From positions 124,001 through 188,000 of the forward strand of contig JAQGDQ010000281.1 of assembly GCA_030141605.1 (NCBI GenBank): a stretch of DNA of 64,000 nucleotides. Direction: 5' to 3'. Positions 62,261 through 64,000 of the stretch are shown piece by piece. A program made the translations under genes and the position numbers. The stretch comes from Tubiluchus corallicola (taxonomy: Eukaryota > Animalia > Priapulida). Under the pieces are notes generated by a model that was given only the letters and a program-made list of their open reading frames with translations, had not been told where the DNA came from and ran no database searches. Each line of letters starts with the position of its first letter. Positions within the stretch are counted from its first letter, which is position 1.

Positions 62261-64000
62261 CATTCATCGATATTGTTGTTACCGTTAATATTATTACAAT
62301 GTAGCTGTTATTCTTGCTGTTTTCACTGTTGCAGTTATCACTATTATTTTTGACGTTGTCGCTTTCATTGATACAGACATTGTTGTTTTGCTTTTGATGA
62401 AGATGTTCTTGTTGTTGTTATTGCAACTCAGTTTCTTTTAACTACACTGTGAGGAGTCATCAAGCTATAACGCTGTTGACTGCACGGTTTAAGCACAACA
62501 TCTGAATAATAGTTTTTACTGAGAAAGTTGATCGTGGAAGAAATGGCATACAGTAAACTTGTGTCAATATTTGAACGTCATAATTCAGGAAATTGGAATA
62601 CTTATAAATTTATTTAAACGTTTACCGGGTTTGTAAATGATCAATGGAAAGTTTAAGAATGCATTAGAAAAGTGGTGGGTTTTGATGAGATGTGGGAAGT
62701 TGGCGGAGAACTGATCGAAGGGGGAGGCATTGATGATGCATCGACCCGGTTTGCGTTTGAAAGTTTCTTATTTCAGTGTATAGATCAGTTTCGCTTATAG
62801 TATTTATAATTATTTGCTTTCGGGGTGGATACTTTAACTGAAAATCGACGGAGAGAGATGCTGGAGGAATAAGAATCACAATTTTCAAATTTTGAGCAAT
62901 CAGATGGTATAGTATTGAGAGATTAGTATAGCTTGCGCCTACACAACTATTTATCTACACAAGATATTTGTCAGATGTTTGTGACTTGTAGGGCGACAAA
63001 TGAAAATGGCTATGAAAATAATGCACTTAAAGCCAATTTCTACGATTTTGTTGCTATTTTTTAAGAAAATCATGTCTAATTAATCATCGTCCATTTTAAA
63101 CAATTTTTCAAAGCTCAAACGTGATTTCTATAATCAAGGACTTCATTTTCAACTTACTTGCGCTGTGGCATTCACTGATTTCATAGTGTGGGAGTAGCCT
63201 TCGTCTAGCGCTCTGTGTGTTCCTTAGTCTGAATTCCAGAAAGATGAATTTTTTCAATAATGAGTCTTGATCCGGAACCGGTTGAAAATGGCGCCCCTAA
63301 AATGCCCTTAATGGGAAAAAATGGCACCCTATTTTTTGAACTGGGAGGTCATAATATTTAAGTTTCAACAAAAAATAATTTTACCATAAAAATTCCAAGT
63401 GATATAAGAAACCATATTAATTGTTTTTATCTCGGCGTAAGGTTCCAATGTGCTTAAAGTTATGATTTTAATTATGCTTCGTTCGGTCCTTGACGATAAG
63501 GTATTTCCTAAAAACATAAATATATAAATGTTTGGGCTTTATATCTCAATAAATTTAAGCAAAAAAAGAAAGTAATAAGATTGTAGAAAAAACGTAAAGT
63601 CTTACTATAAATTTTCTGCACTGTGGCGATTGCATAACAACTTCATGTTTGAAAAGAGAAGTTTGCTTTAACAGTAATGTAAGTTTTCACTTTCAGATAT
63701 GTTATTGGAAGTTACTATTTCTTACACAATACACCCAAAAATTTTTATTACTTTTTTATGCTGACACTCAAATGGTAAATTAATGATTTTTATTTTAATA
63801 ACAGTGACTTCTTTATATAAACCAAACAAATATAATTACGTTTTAGGCTTAATACATTTTTAAATCTCATTTACACACTTGATTGCTAATATACGGTTAT
63901 GTTATGTTGCAAAATAGGCTAGCAAAGCAAAACAAAAGAAAATCAGCGTTGCACAAAAACGCTGTATTTATTGTCGAGGGGCTAAGTTGCTAGCGTGCTG

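Overview
AT-rich, intron-containing animal (invertebrate-type) genomic DNA, not prokaryotic. I reconstructed three spliced genes by hand. (1) The 3' nine exons of FIP1L1/Fip1, a CPSF polyadenylation factor (+, <1..7602). (2) A complete 4-exon EXOSC4/Rrp41 (-, 10578..14422, 245 aa), convergent with FIP1L1. (3) A 13-coding-exon SLC6/NSS-family gene (-, 15652..28817, about 617 aa). The SLC6 gene is the main finding: it keeps an intact frame, typical SLC6 intron positions and the intracellular gate, yet nearly every canonical Na+, substrate and extracellular-gate residue is replaced. A probable signal-peptide first exon at 48555..48615 (+) has kappaB-like sites upstream, and its downstream exons were not found. 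The rest is non-autonomous DNA transposons (hAT elements with 8-bp TSDs, two inverted Kolobok-like copies), tRNA/5S-headed SINE relics, Helentron-like relics and many microsatellites. CpG content shifts from poor to rich near 26 kb. All calls come from manual reading; no database searches were run.
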